In this document: positions 51,237-64,000 of the stretch, in pieces
How the letters are laid out: each line of letters starts with the position of its first letter
How positions within the stretch are numbered: position 1 is the first letter of the stretch
NCBI GenBank assembly: GCA_965649825.1
Contig: OZ287706.1
Coordinates: 868,001 to 932,000, forward strand
Length of the DNA: 64,000 nt
Direction of reading: 5' to 3'
DNA from: Penicillus capitatus
Taxonomy: Eukaryota > Plantae > Chlorophyta
Translations under genes and position numbers: made by a program
The notes under the pieces: model-generated
What the model was told of the DNA's origin: nothing
Databases searched by the model: none
What the model saw: only the letters and a program-made list of their open reading frames with translations

Positions 51237-52400
51237 TCATGTGTTTCGGCTTCCTGGCAGCTCGAGGTATGACTCTGCCGCGCCTATTCTTTTCTTGGTC
51301 TCCTTCGGCTCTCTTGCGGCCTTCTGCGATCTCTTGCAGCATCGATCGCGGTCCAGTCGCACCACCTGCTGGTAGGCGACATTCATCTTCTTGACAATGT
51401 CCCTGCACTTCTCCCAGTTGAGCGGATCCATGTCGTCCATCAGCTTCTGGAGCCTCGGTCACTTGGACGTCGTCATCGTCTTGTGGCTTAACCAGTTTCC
51501 AATGACGCACACCTCCGACGCCGCAAATCCGCCGGCCTTCTAGTTGCTGCCAGACACACAACCATGTAAGACCAAAGCAGAGAGAGGGAGCACGTACCTT
51601 GATGACGAAGGGGAATTCTTGTGGCTGGAGGAGGAGACGGTTGCGTGTCCCGGCGAAGGGGTAGGTCTTGGACTCGGCCGGGAAGAAGTCCCAGAGCTGC
51701 CGGGCCTTGAGCTTCTTCCCAGGACGCCTGGAAAGCACGACTCGGCGGCCCAGGTGCTTCCCTCCGACGCCGCAAATCCGCCGGCCTTCTAGTTGCTGCC
51801 AGACACACAACCATGTAAGACCAAAGCAGAGAGAGGGAGCACGTACCTTGATGACGAAGGGGAATTCTTGTGGCTGGAGGAGGCGACGGTTGCGTGTCTG
51901 GCGAAGCGGTAGGTCTTGGACTCGGCCGGGAAGAAGTCCCAGAGCTGCCGAGGGGTGAAGGCGCAGTCCCACCAGGAGCAGTGGACGTGCTCCGTCGACC
52001 CCTCCTCCGCAGACGCCTCTTTCTTGGCGACGGTTGCGTGTCCCGGCGAAGGGGTAGGTCTTGGACTCGGCCGGGAAGGAGTCCCAGAGCTGCCGAGGGG
52101 TGAAGGCGCAGTCCCACCGGGAGCAGTGGACGTGCTCCGTCGACCCCTCCTCCGCAGACGCCTCTTTCTTGGCGACGGTTGCGTGTCCCGGCGAAGGGGT
52201 AGGTCTTGGACTCGGCCGGGAAGGAGTCCCAGAGATGCCGGGCCTTGAGCTTCTTCCCAGGACGCCGGGAAAGCACGACTCGGCGGCCCAGGTGCTTCCC
52301 TCCGACGCCGCAAAGACGCCGGCCTTCCAGTTGCTGCCAGCCACACCCCCATGTTATACCGAACCAGAGCGGGAGAGAGGGAGCACGTACCTTGGTGTCG
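51237..52400 (-). pseudogene. Internally duplicated, frameshifted gene remnant of unknown family
   Basis: It has interleaved duplications: an approximately 145-bp unit (ggtcttggactcggccggg at 51912, 52057 and 52202) and an approximately 249-bp unit that includes an intron with a gtacgt donor. GC3-rich frames (NWKAGVFAASEGSTWAAESCFPGVLG; EHVHCSRWDCAFTPRQLWDSFPAESKTYPFAG; RLQKLMDDMDPLNWEKCRDIVKKMN) do not join in one frame. Confidence 0.5.
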
Positions 52401-53436
52401 AGGGGGAATTCCTGTGGTTGGCAGACCGTACCCGAAGAAAGTTGTCGTCGGGGGGTCTTTGAGTGCGCGCTTGGGAAATCGGCGCACAGTTCGGAAATGC
52501 GGAAATGCGAAAACTGGTATGGCGCTTTGCGTTTTATCGTCGAGGATGTGACAGCTGCAACAAATTCGACCGCAGTTAGCCAATCAGAATGCGCGATTTT
52601 CTCCGCGGCAGTCTGACGTCAGACAAAAATGGGTCGAACGTCACATCGCTCGGCAGGCAACCTACCACATCGCCAGTGGACTGATCTCACAGTGGAGAAA
52701 CATCGAGACGATGAGGGTCGGCATGGCCTCTTCCAGGAAGACCAGATCCCTTGTCTTCTCGTGCTGCATGGGCAAGCGAATCTGCTCACCACACCCCTTT
52801 GCTTCCGAGCGACGGATGGAGGGCAAAGAGCATGGAAGATGTGACTGACCTTTGTCGAGTCTTCCCTGTCCCCGTTCTCCTGGGACGCGTCGGGAAGCAC
52901 CCTGGAGTGTACATAGGGTAGAACAGTGAACTGGCTGCGACTTCTCACTCGAGCGCTTCGGCGCGTCCTCTCGCTATGAAGAGCTCGAAGTCGTCGTGGT
53001 GGATGTTGACGAGGGACTTCCATATGAGCGCCTTCAGTTCTGTCCCCAGTCGACGACAGCCGTTGATGGGAAGCTCTTCCTCGAGCAAGCTCCAGAAGCG
53101 ACTCAGAGAGCAACCTCGCGGCGGGGCACGCGTTAAGCCTTCGTGCGATAACGTATTCGTCGCACGCACCTCGGCTCCCCTCTAGCGCGATTTGTTTGAT
53201 CGCCTCGTCGACGAACGCGTCGATCGCGCAAAGTCGATGCGGGAAGACGACATCGGTAGCGTGTACGACACGATAACATCGCACCGTCGTCAGTCGCATG
53301 CCGGATTTCTTCGCGAACTTTCGTGTGACTGTGTGAGAAATTCGTTAAGAGAACTGCCGAAAGAGCAGCAGATCGGATGAAAGAATCGTTGGCAATGAAA
53401 CAGACGTTCAGCATTTGTCAGAACTGTCTTCGAATC

Positions 53437-54729
53437 TCACTCCAGTGTCACAGGACCGCCTTCGACCCACTTGACGCCGAGCTCCGAAAGCTTCGCATGC
53501 GAGGCGGCGTAGTCCGTGAAGAACGCAGCCTGATCGGCGGCGTACTTCTCAGCATAGGGCCTGTGCACAGAAAGATCGCACTCGGGTCATACATGATCCG
53601 TGATGCGCAGACTTGAATGCGTCGTCTTCGAAGAGGCACGCATCGGTCTCGAGCACCAGCAAATCGGCATCGCGTTTCTCCTTCACTTCCTACGGCGAGA
53701 GGGCACAGCTGCGAAAAGACAGCTGGCGGATGTGTCCCACCACAAAGTAAGAGTTGTCGAACTTGAGCCACTCCGGTGTCCACGAGCTGCCGCCGACCGT
53801 ACCCGGGCCTTTCTCCGTGTACTTCGTCCTTTCTTTCCCTGCCGGTCGCATCCGATAACGCCGTCCTCCGCCGACGATCCCACCGTACCGAATCCAGATC
53901 GTGTTGGATAGGCGCGTCCGATGGTGTGTGCCCCTGACAGAGCCACGATGTCCTGGTCCGTCAGTCCCATGCGATAGAAGATATCGCGCAGATGCGCCGC
54001 TGGGCCCTTCGCCTCATTAGGATACGGCGCGCCACCCGCTGCAGAACAACGATCCCACCTGTCAGCTAACGTCTCCCTGTCACACCTGGGAGGTTTCCTT
54101 CGACTGGGCAGTCGTCTGGTCCCGTGGCGTCTGTGCGACCGTAGCGCATCGGAATCTTCGGTCCTCCAGCGACCTGTTACACGGTGAAGAGATCTCGTGC
54201 TGATGGAAAGCGTTCACCTCGATGGCCACAGCGGAGGCCATCTGGTAGATGTCCGCGTAAGACACATTTGGGTACTTCTGTTTGATGGGCTCTACCAACG
54301 CCAAGGCATTCGCCAAACCTTCATGCCAACAACATCGCTCGACAACGGTGGCGGCGAGATGGACAGCGCACCGGCGTTGGCACCGTGATCGATCTCGGGT
54401 TTGAAACGAATGCTCCCATTCGCGCCGCCGCAAACGGGCCACCTGTCCGCCATGTCCTGCAACGCCATCGTCGCTTGCACTTCGTGATATGGCGTCTGTA
54501 CCTTGTTGTATGTTCCGGAGTCATGCCAGGCCAGTCGCACGAGAATCGGATTGCAGTTCTTCGACTGTATGAGCGGTATCAGCTCCTTGTGGCACTGTTT
54601 GAGATCGTCTATGGAGACCATTTCCGCCACTGCTGCGACGCAACGACTGGCGACTCGACGTGTTAAGAGATGTCGAGTTGGTAGAGGCGAACCGGTGAAA
54701 GCGGAACGACTCAAACGCGCATACAACAT
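53437..54729 (-). CDS. APX: Plastid (stromal-type) L-ascorbate peroxidase, multi-exon
   Basis: Transit-like [16 protein letters not shown]; [17 protein letters not shown]; [20 protein letters not shown]; [16 protein letters not shown]; [28 protein letters not shown]; WLKFDNSYF; [13 protein letters not shown]; HAKLSELG. An alternative start lies at 54789. Confidence 0.93.
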
Positions 54730-55544
54730 TCGAAGAGGTACAGAGGGAGCTACTTGCAGAGGAGCCGTCGATGATTCAACATGAGTCATCTCCCTCGGAC
54801 CCACCATGGGACACGATCCATGCCCAATCCGTCCATGGGAGGATACCTTGCCTAGAGAGATGCGCTCGCGCAGCCGAATGGCAGAGACAGAGGTGCGCCC
54901 GTCACTTTTCTTGCAGGTTTGAATGGCATCGTTCGGTCTGGACGCATCGCGACAGACGATGGCCGAGGTGACGGCACTCGGCGTCGCGTTCTAAATACTT
55001 GCCGCGGCATCTATCTAACGGCAGCGTCGATCCGCGATGACGCAGAACCTGCAAATGCTCTTGTCATTCGAAGTTGGTTTCGGATTGCCTTGTCCGTCTC
55101 GAGGTGTCTTGTAAATCTCCACTTGCCTCGAGCCTTTGGCTCTAAGCAGCGAACGACATCATGGAACGTCCGTCGTTCGAGTGATACAGCCGCTTGGCAT
55201 GTGCTCTGACGTTTGTGGTATCATAATGGTGCGCTGATGAGACAAAGCGCAGAGGCGCGCCCTTGCCGTTTGCGCACATGTCATGTATCTGACCACAATT
55301 GCGTGGGCACAACAAGACAATTTCTGCGGGGTTCCATCGATATCTGAATGCCTGGATGTAATATCATGCCTCGTTTAGCGAACGGCCACAAATGGCTGAG
55401 AACTCTGTGCGTAATTGCGAGTCGCGGTGCGGCGTTGCGCGTGTCAGAAAAGACACATGAAATCCTAGGCACTTGACTTAAACCGTGTAGATCATTGTAG
55501 AGCGTCAAAATCCAAGAACTCGTAAAAAGGCCTTTTCTAACCAG

Positions 55545-56999
55545 ATGGTCTCTGCTGGTAAGGTCCCTCCTCCACGGCCGCGCCGAACTGGCTCTTTCCG
55601 TTACCTCTTACAATACTCCGGACGCATCTCTGTTGCAGACAATTGCTCAGCGGCGTACCGCGTTGGCGACGTTGTTTTTGAGCGGTACCTCATCGAAGAA
55701 GTCCAACTGACTCCACGAGGCACGACCGTATGCCGCGTGCGTCTTCGTACCGATCTTCTGGGACGACACCATCTCGCATGCTATGTTGCAGTGTGCAAAT
55801 CTGCGCGACGGATGTGAAGTGATCTTTGACTGCCTGTCTCTGTGCTCGACGCAGCCACCGTTCTCACCGGGCGTCTACGAGAAGGCGAAGCACGTACACC
55901 CTTCGCCGAGGCCATTCATTCTCTGGATTCTGTTTCTGAAGGAGCTGTTGACCGAGCACAGCGATCGTCGGCTGCAGAGGCCTCCATGGCTGGAGACACA
56001 GGAAGGAAACAACAAGCGCTTTCTAGTCGTCGCAGTAATTGCATTTCACTCCCGAGGCCATAAAAACAGAAACGGTGTATGTAACAGGGACGTTCTGTTT
56101 CTGAACTGCGCTCCACCTGCTGCCACGCCATCGTTCATCCTTCCAGGTGCAGCCGACGCCTCCACATGCCCCTCCCTCCACATGCTCTCGCAGGTGCGGA
56201 ATCGCCGAGGAAGTACGACATGGACCGCAGAACGCATGGTCTTCGGTGCGAAGATACGGCGAGTGCTTCCTGGAAGTCGACGTTCCGCCACTGTGGACGC
56301 GCTTAAGTCCGTCCTATCACGCGTTTCGGTGTCGGTTGGTCTGACCTGTGTCCGTCAGGTCGTCCATGGTTGCTTGCGCTCTGTCTCTTGACGCTCGTCT
56401 TCTTGGCGTTTGTCGGTGTCCTTTCGTTTATAACATCTCTCCTCGTCGACCACATCGCCGATCGCGGTCGACACCTCTGCGTCTCGCCTGTCTGCCGTCG
56501 AATGTCTCTTCTTTTAGGAGGGCGTTGGCACGTTGTCTTCTTGGCGCCCTTCTGGGCAGTCGTCACTCTCTCGCCGTTTGTCTTCTGTGCGATGTTCTTC
56601 GGTCGCCAGCATCTGAGGATCAGCTACAGCGACTTCGAAGTGAGAAGGACACTGGGACTGCCTTTCTGTCATAAACCGCGTCTTAGCGACCGCATCGACG
56701 GATGGCACACTTCCTGTTTCGATAGATGGTTCAGGGCACAAGTAACAAGCAAAACGAAAGATCTGAAGAAGGCGGAGGTGATGCACAAATCTCGTTATTC
56801 CGCAGAGAGGTCACGACGAGTGGTGCAGGTGGAGCAAGGACGGGACCGCTGCACGAACATAAGCACGATTGTTTTGAGCGGAAGCATCACGCAACAGCGC
56901 GTGTTTCCTTTCCTTTCCATAGAAGAACAAGAATGGATTGCCGATGAGGTCAACCTAATCCTGGAGTGCATCAATCTGAATGCTCCAGTGAATCTGTGA
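55545..56999 (+). CDS. Membrane protein, paralog B of the kinase-remnant/TM family
   Basis: It shows YRVGDVVFERYLIEEV, WLETQEGNNKRFLVVA and GPQNAWSSVRRYGECFLEVDVPP. Two hydrophobic helices follow, then MFFGRQHLRISYSDFEVRRTLG, VTSKTKDLKKAEV and FPFLSIEEQEWIADEVNLIL. Confidence 0.55.
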
Positions 57000-57513
57000 G
57001 GCGAATCCAATTTAGAGTAAGCACCAGGCGCAACGCCTAACGCACTGTGCGACATGGATTCGTCAATTCTCTTTCTGTTACTCAACGAAGATGACGCATC
57101 AGTTCAAGTTGTTTAGTCAAAGCGACCAGTGGGGGATGGGGGTATAGTATCCGCGAGAGCTGTAGAGATCGTAATGTCGTCCGTTTTATGAGCTTCGTCA
57201 CTGTTCGCGGCATAGAGGCTTTGAAGAAGACTTAGTGTGTACGTGCACAATAACGCGACACTCTCTAGAAGATCTATCTTGAATTCCCGTGTTGTTATTC
57301 GAGATTCTTCCCATTCATTGTAATCAACATTCTGGCTTTCGAATGCGTTTCCCGATCTGTCGATCGAGACGATCCGCGCGGCTGATGGATGTGGATCTGC
57401 CATTGGCAGGGAGCACTCGTCCTTTTTCCGACAGCACATTACATTTGAGCGTCATATGAAAGAAGGCTATCTATCATACACGGCATGACATGTGTGGGCA
57501 TTGATTCGAGAAA

Positions 57514-58792
57514 TCACGGTTCTCCTCTTGGTATGCTCTCGAGGAAAGAACAAATCTCCCTCGCGAGCCACACTTGCTCGGATAGCGAAAGAAGCGGAAA
57601 CAGTTGATATTCTCTGCGGACTTCAGCTAAGACTAACATTGAAACCGTGGAGGCACAACATGTCGATGCCTTCACCTGCACCACAGGACATGTCTGTCTC
57701 GATCGTGGGAAGCGGCATTGTTCTCACTTCTGCCTTCGTCAGATCTCGCGTTTTGCCTGTGACTTGTCGGCGCAGCATTCTGTCGATGCGGGATGGCTTC
57801 CAGAGATGGCAGGTGGGAGGTGCATCGGTAGACGAGCGCAGAGGTCGTCCGATCGTCCTTCTGACTTCGAACGTGCATGGTGCGATGATCAACAACTGCC
57901 GGCCGGACAGCATCGCGACGAACAGAGCAGGCAGAGGCAGTACAAACAGCCACATGAGAATAAGAAGAGAGTTAAGTACGTAGTGTCCTGCCAAACACGA
58001 AACGCATCGCATTGCACGGACGGCCAGGGAATCCCGTACTTCCATCCATGACTTTATGCATTGCAGTGTATGAAGAGAAAGCGAGGAGGCCTGTCGCCAG
58101 CAGAAAGATGGAAATGCAAAGAACGAGCATGACGAGAAAGGGCAAGGCTGGCGAGCAACACACCCACCATGAACAGGCCAATCTACAGGAATGACGCGAC
58201 GCGATGCACGCACTTCGATATCGAAACGGTGGAGGGACGTCGATCTCCAGACAGCGTTGACCTCTCCTTACGGTCGGTCGGGCATCCTCTGGCCCGGGCC
58301 TTACTTCGACGTCCGTGCTGCGTGAGAGCACAGCGTGGTCAGTCGATCGATGCGCGCATGATGTGACGGACGCACCAGATCCTCTCTGGAGGTGTGAGGT
58401 GCAGAATCCGGCAAACGATCTGCGGATAACAGTCCTGTAGACTGCCGCCCTTCACTGAAGAAAGGAATGAGCGCATCGGTCACACTTGAATGATGTGTAG
58501 GATTCTATTCCCGTTGACTTCGATCTCAAACCACTCCGGTCGCTGTCCTCGATTATGCGGACTGCCCGTGAGAATATCCTGCAGTGTGCATGCATGAGCA
58601 AAGGGAGGGATGAGCCGTTGCCTGCCATTTTGCGCTGCTCGTAGTAGTCTGCAGTTTCAGGAAGATCCATTGCTCTGAGGAATATACATTCAATTGTCAC
58701 ATCGCTGCCATCTCCATATCTTGTGCACTGGAGACAACCCCTGTAGCTAACAGGGAGGGCTCCTTGATGTCTTTAGCAGGCGTACTCGACAT
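57514..58792 (-). CDS. Membrane protein, paralog C of the kinase-remnant/TM family (convergent with paralog B)
   Basis: It shows RPGPEDARPTVRRGQRCLEIDVPP, hydrophobic helices, MLSGRQLLIIAPCTFEVRRTIG, VTGKTRDLTKAEV and FPLLSLSEQVWLAREICSFL, clearly paralogous to 55545-56999. The 5' end is approximate. Confidence 0.5.
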
Positions 58793-60944
58793 ATGGCGCC
58801 GTTTGCTCGAATTCGGGAGACTTCTCGGACGAAATACCCGCCCTCTATGACGTCTCCCACTCGGTACATAGCGCGACAAAACGGCGAGTGAAAAAGTGTG
58901 CTCGTTGTGCCTGCCAGTCCCCAAGCAGTTCATTAAAGGGACAACTCCGACGAAGATCTGCGCACTGGTTGAAACGCGTTCGCTTTCTATTGAATGCGAG
59001 ATAATGCGGTGCGTGAACCGTCCGTGCTCGACTCGACAGCGGTTTGTGATGCGTGCCGGTGACGACTCAACAAGGCACGTTCACGTTACCTGACTTAATG
59101 TCCTTAAGTCTCCCGATCTCTTCCTTCCGCATGATCTTTCTGTACTGCAGCAGTGCAGAGGTATCAGGGAAGCCGCTGACGCAATTCCGAGGCGGTCGTT
59201 TACCAACATCACTTGGCAGAAGTCGTGCAGCCGCTGTGGCGTTCGGGAAGGGAGTGCAAGTTTCCCGAAAGGGAATAGACAGGACGATCTGTGGTCTTCG
59301 ATGCCGACAGGTTGAATGGCGCCTCCTCCTTCTGCGACCACGTCGCCCGTCGACGGGACGTCAGTATTCAGCCCAATCTAAAGAGAGACCGCAGGGCACA
59401 TTCGGTCTCACGACATGCGACATCGGAGATGGAGGGTATGGAAGGAAAACACTTCCTTCGTCCCTGCGTCACGAACGAAACGAATGCTACTTCTGAAGAC
59501 TGTCCAGATAGCAGGCACAGCAGATAGGCCTCACAAGCTGTGCTGTCTTTGTTGTGGAGTTGTTCGAATTTGATCGATATGAAGGAGATGGGTGAAGAAC
59601 TTGCTTTCGGCGTCTGCTCGGATATCACACGCTGCTTTTCTGAAAGCACGGACGCGGCAGGTGCAAATGGTTCTCTGTTTGGATACGCGTCCTCTGCTAT
59701 TCTCGTCGAACAATGAAATTCTGAATACTCTGCTCGTAAGGCGGTATCTGTTGTGGAAACCTGATAAAGGCATCCACAACCCTCTCTTCCAAATAGGCAC
59801 TAGTAATGATCACCACGTAGCGCTACTTTTTTGATATTACCTAACGCCGACATGAATGTGTTTTGCCTTTCTGCAAGAGCGATTCGTCGGTCAACTTGCA
59901 GTGTGTGTTACATCTTTTTCTTTAATCTCTCAGCCGGTTTTGCATCACAAGGGATCGTTTCGCCCATATTGTGTGTTACAGAGATTTGATGATTCCTCCG
60001 AGACACCACCGTTTTGAAGAGAATTCTGTCTTATGGATTCATTGTACGGCAACGTCGATGGCATGCCGTTTTCGAACACAGCTGCTCTCTCGTTTACATC
60101 AAAGGCGAACAAAGCAGGCCGCTTGATGTTACACCAACTTTTAAGTGTCCCGTTGTTGTTTGCCGCGCGAATCGTGCGCCGAATCTCCATCGCCGTTTTG
60201 GCGAAGTTGCATTCGCGCATAGAAGGCGCGCTAGCTGTCAAGCACTGCCGCTGAGAAGGTCATGTGTCGACGACGAGCAGCTCACCACTGGACAGCTTTT
60301 CAGTAACTTACGGCGTGTACCAATCGCGCTTGGAGAGTGCAGCTCATCCCAGTTTTCAAAACGCTTGAAGGCTTCAAGGCGTTCTGGACACAAACGGTAA
60401 CCCTCAAGCTTCAGAGCTTCTCTATCGATTCCTTTTGCCTGCCATCGGAAGCAGCTGTTACGTTCGTAGGTAGGTACTTAGAAGTTCGTTCTGTAGGACA
60501 TGTGGTTTGATGAAGTCATTAGGCTGATGGTGAGCGGCATATCACATTACATTTAAGCAGAGGCTATCATCTATCTGTAGCGCAGTTATTGTGACACGAA
60601 GAGTTGCAAACGTAGAAGCTCAGATTTGGGATACAGCAGCTAACACTATGACCGAGGAAAACATGCAGGAATTTCGTCGTTCGAACAGAGTTAGAACTGA
60701 CCGACAAGGTCGTCCGTTGCACATCCCTGCCATCAGTAAGTAATGTGCGGGGCCTATAGGAAAGGCACAGGTCTTATCAAAGCCACCAAGACAAGACACG
60801 GAATGGCGTCGCATGGACGACAATGTACAAGAGCTGTGCCTGAGCATGAAATCTAAAGGCCCCGACAGCAAGTGCGTGAATAAGAGCGACGAGCAATGCT
60901 AACGGTTGTGTTACAGCGTCGGGGAAGCGCCCTTTCCGGCTAGA

Positions 60945-61939
60945 ATGTTCATGAAGGACGGCGAAACGATGGAAGCTCTTTTAGGAAAAAAGGGAGACGA
61001 AACCTCAGGTGAGAGTGACTCCTCATGTACACAGGAAGACCACGACCACAACCAAAACGCAGTTCAGACCATGCATCTCCCTATGCCGGCTGATTTGTCC
61101 AAACCTCGATGCATCCTATTCTTCATTAAATGCCAGTCCTCAGCCGACACACTGGCAAACGTCTGTCTCCTTTAACAAGGATCTTCTCGATCTGTTGTTC
61201 TTAGATTCCACCGGTAGAAGTGCATCTGGAACTGAATGGAGAAGAAAGCCAAAAGACCGAACGTCTCTGGGATTCTTCGGCTAAACCCCTAAAAAGAAAT
61301 GATGCTTGGGTCATGTTAATGATGAATGCAACAGATGGTTGGTATTATCGCCCACTGACTAAATCTGGCAATGAAAACCTCACAGAGCCGAATTCAACTG
61401 TAAAGATTTCCTGCTAGAGTGCTCTTCTAACATCGCCTTCCCTGTAGGACAGCGTTGAGGAACCCCCATCGCTTGGATCAACGTCCTCTAGGGCTAATCA
61501 TGCACGTGCTCGGGTGGTAGAGGGAAGGGAACTTCTCCCGAAAGACAACAAAATCGGAAGGAGGGGCACGTCGGATCCGTACTACCAAATGCGTTTTCGG
61601 GGACTAAGCTATTCGTCATCTGTCAAAACAAGAACGTTGACGCCGAAGTGGGAGAAGGAGACTTTCTTTGACCTGGGACCTTTAGATGCAAATGGAATGG
61701 ACAAGCTAACCATAAAAGTGATCGACAGGGATCATTTGACACCTGATGATCCCATGGGCAGCCTCTCAGTTTCAGAACGCACGCTTTGGGTTGCTGCAGA
61801 GGAAAATTACCAACCGTGGTTCTATGTGGATGCCCCAGACTCAGAAGACGGCGAGCGACATGCCGGGCAGATTCAGTTGGAAGTGGGATGGCTCATCGAG
61901 TCACTGACTTTACCAAACTCCTCTACGTCTGATGGCTGA
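60945..61939 (+). CDS. C2-domain protein with degenerate TerD-like N-terminal region (paralog of 6411-7689)
   Basis: The C2 domain reads VVEGRELLPKD..GTSDPYY..RTLTPKWE..IKVIDRDHLTPDDPMG. Upstream exons CILFFIKCQS..DTLANV and AWVMLMMNATDGWYYRPL align by eye with ILFAVCIYS..SFDQV and AMLMGVMTRKGAYWSFKAL of the first gene. The start is uncertain. Confidence 0.6.
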
Positions 61940-62809
61940 TTCTATGGAGGTTAACCCACGGATAGCCAAGAGACAATGCCACAAGGTTTTTTTGATCAAA
62001 TCCCTTTATCTTTGTATGCACCCTTTATAATCATCACAATGACTTGTGTGTGTGACCTCCTTTTTTGCCGGACTTGTTTGCCAATTGTCAGACTGTGGCT
62101 TTCCAATCCGGAGTTGTGAATTTGTGTGTTACCCTTGGATCTGAGAGTCACTTGCATTGCCAATGTCCAAACAATGGCAAACGGCCTTGATGATTCAAAG
62201 CAGCTTAGCATCTGTACTGTTCAGAGCGCGTTACTTTTAAAGGCCAGGACATCCCAGGCAATGATTGATCTTGTTAGTACGAAGGCTGAGATGCCAGCCG
62301 AACGTTTGGCATTGTTGCATCGCCATGACCTCCCACAAACCTCTACTGATGACGACATCGAGACAGTAGATCATTCCAGTGCACACGAAGTCTCCTGTTT
62401 TGACTAGGTATATGCCGGTGAGATGCGAATCCGATCGTTCGTGAGTGATGCAGATATACACAATGTCTATTGCTAGAACTCTTGATGCGGGTTTGTCCGT
62501 TCATTCATACGTTTTGAACAGGGATGGTCGAGATCTAATCGCAAAAAGTACACGTGTGTCCTTTTCTTGCCGGCACCGAGCCTAACCGGAAAACTGTGCT
62601 TGTCGCATCAGCATGGCAGAAGGCACTTGCTGCAATCCAGACGGTCACCGCAGAATCATCGTGCGTGATGATCGCACATTCTCACCTTCAAGCCTTCGAT
62701 TGTGATTCTGTCATAAAACCAAAATCGAATGGGAATGCATTTAAGAGGATGATAAGTGGAGATTAGGTAAGAGCGACGAATCCAACAGTACGACAGCGTT
62801 CCCTTTGCC

Positions 62810-63274
62810 ATGTCCAACCGAGCAGCGCTTTACATCCGTCCAGCTGTTGTCGCGGATGCACACGTCGTCGCCAAGCACGTGCGGGCAATTGCGTTCGAAT
62901 CGGAGTCTGTGACGCTCGACGTCGTGGAGACCGAAGCGGCTGCGAGGAGGGTTCTGGTGAATCCCGCCTTCGGCACCTACTTTCTCGCCACGCACGGAGA
63001 TGAATGCGTCGGACAGCTTCTGGTGAAGCCGGAATGGATTCCATGGAGGAATGCGTTTGAGTGGAAAGTTTCGAGTGTATATGTTCATCCCAATCACCGA
63101 AGAAAAGGATATCTTTGCGCACTCTATCACCATGTGCGTCGTGCAGCGAAGGAGAAAGGCATCTCAGCATTGAAGCTCGTTGTCAACGAGAGCAATGCAA
63201 CAGCGAGAACCACCTTCTCGCAGCTCGGCCCACACAAGAGTGGACGAATATTTGAGATGGGCATTGAAGGATAA
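62810..63274 (+). CDS. GNAT-family N-acetyltransferase (intronless)
   Basis: It shows IRPAVVADA, EWIPWRNAFEWKVSSVYVHPNHRRKG (acetyl-CoA motif A) and LKLVVNESNATARTTFSQLG. Confidence 0.85.
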   Translation: MSNRAALYIRPAVVADAHVVAKHVRAIAFESESVTLDVVETEAAARRVLVNPAFGTYFLATHGDECVGQLLVKPEWIPWRNAFEWKVSSVYVHPNHRRKGYLCALYHHVRRAAKEKGISALKLVVNESNATARTTFSQLGPHKSGRIFEMGIEG

Positions 63275-64000
63275 GAAACGATGTCTAGTATCGTTCAGCT
63301 TTTGACGAAGACACTAAGAAGAGTGGGTTGCTTTCTGGCGACGATCTGTGCCGTCAGACAACAGACAGACGTGTTGTTGAGATAGCAGTGGATTTGGAAT
63401 GAAAATGCTGTCGATTAGAGAAGAATGCGATCGATGGAGAAAGAAATTCGAGATTACGTGGGCCTCCAAGCAGAGAGGCATGCGGGTAAATGGCTCATGT
63501 ACAAGTTGGGCAAAACAGATCGACTATCAAGGGAAACGGTATTATTCGCTACGATCTGACTCATGTTCTATGAACTTTAATCCGAACACCTTGGGTAAAA
63601 TATGGCAAGGGGTATGTGCGCGTCTACTAAGAAAAAAGACGACTTATAAAAACACCAAGGATGATGGTGAGCATAAGCAGGACGGTGAAAAAGGATGAAA
63701 ATGCGTTTCCACTGTCGCGTCGGGTGTTTGATGGAACTGATTTGAATCGTAGGAGACCGTAAACCTTGAAACGCAAAGTCTTACACAACGAAAGACAAGA
63801 ACTGTACATCTACAATTGTCAGCGGAAGGCTTCACGTATTACAGAGCAAAGGTATACAATGGTCTACGTTCACATATTTGTATGCTATAGGTGACATGAC
63901 AGATGAGTCACTGGCCTATCAGGATCACGGGAAAGGATCCATAGGTTAACGTAAACCTCATGTAAGCGCCTCTTCGGAGACAGAACCCTTAGATAGCGAC

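Noticed and set aside
52629-53299. Probable multi-exon gene on the minus strand
   Set aside because: It has coding-like fragments (ELKALIWKSLVNIHHDDFELFIARG) but no identifiable family, so it was not listed as a feature.
58900-60880. ORF fragments possibly from a decayed transposon or gene
   Set aside because: No transposase motif, terminal repeats or TSD were found.

Overview
This is a gene-dense eukaryotic nuclear window with very short introns (mostly about 45-55 bp) and the standard genetic code. HCAR, a plastid-type ascorbate peroxidase, MsrB, an F41-type histone H3, and the flagellar genes CDKL5 and TTLL9 point to a green alga with a flagellated stage. A compact-genome siphonous (Bryopsidales-like) ulvophyte is plausible, but that is inference. 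Conserved genes are HIRA, REV1, RUVBL1, RPS11, HCAR, TTLL9, an H3/H4 pair, CCDC12/Cwf18, UBLCP1, APX, MsrB and a GNAT. The main accessory locus (15.7-30.9 kb, minus strand) is a signal-peptide trypsin-like protease that appears to splice in frame onto about 24 ankyrin repeats. Each repeat is its own 99-bp phase-0 exon. A 9.7-kb retroelement block breaks this gene. The block holds a decayed Ty3/gypsy pol, a second integrase on the opposite strand, an orphan ORF, and a very recent 1,918-bp non-autonomous LTR element nested in the first integrase. That nested element has identical 247-bp LTRs, a GTGAC target-site duplication, and a coiled-coil/zinc-knuckle ORF as its only gene. Other oddities are frequent GC-AG introns, a strongly diverged H3 paired with a near-canonical H4, two TerD-C2 fusion paralogs, and a 9-trefoil acidic secreted protein. 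There is also an intronless bacterial-style beta-propeller lectin and three paralogs that resemble C-lobe-less remnants of cyanobacterial-type membrane Ser/Thr kinases. All gene models were built by eye, without alignment or expression data.
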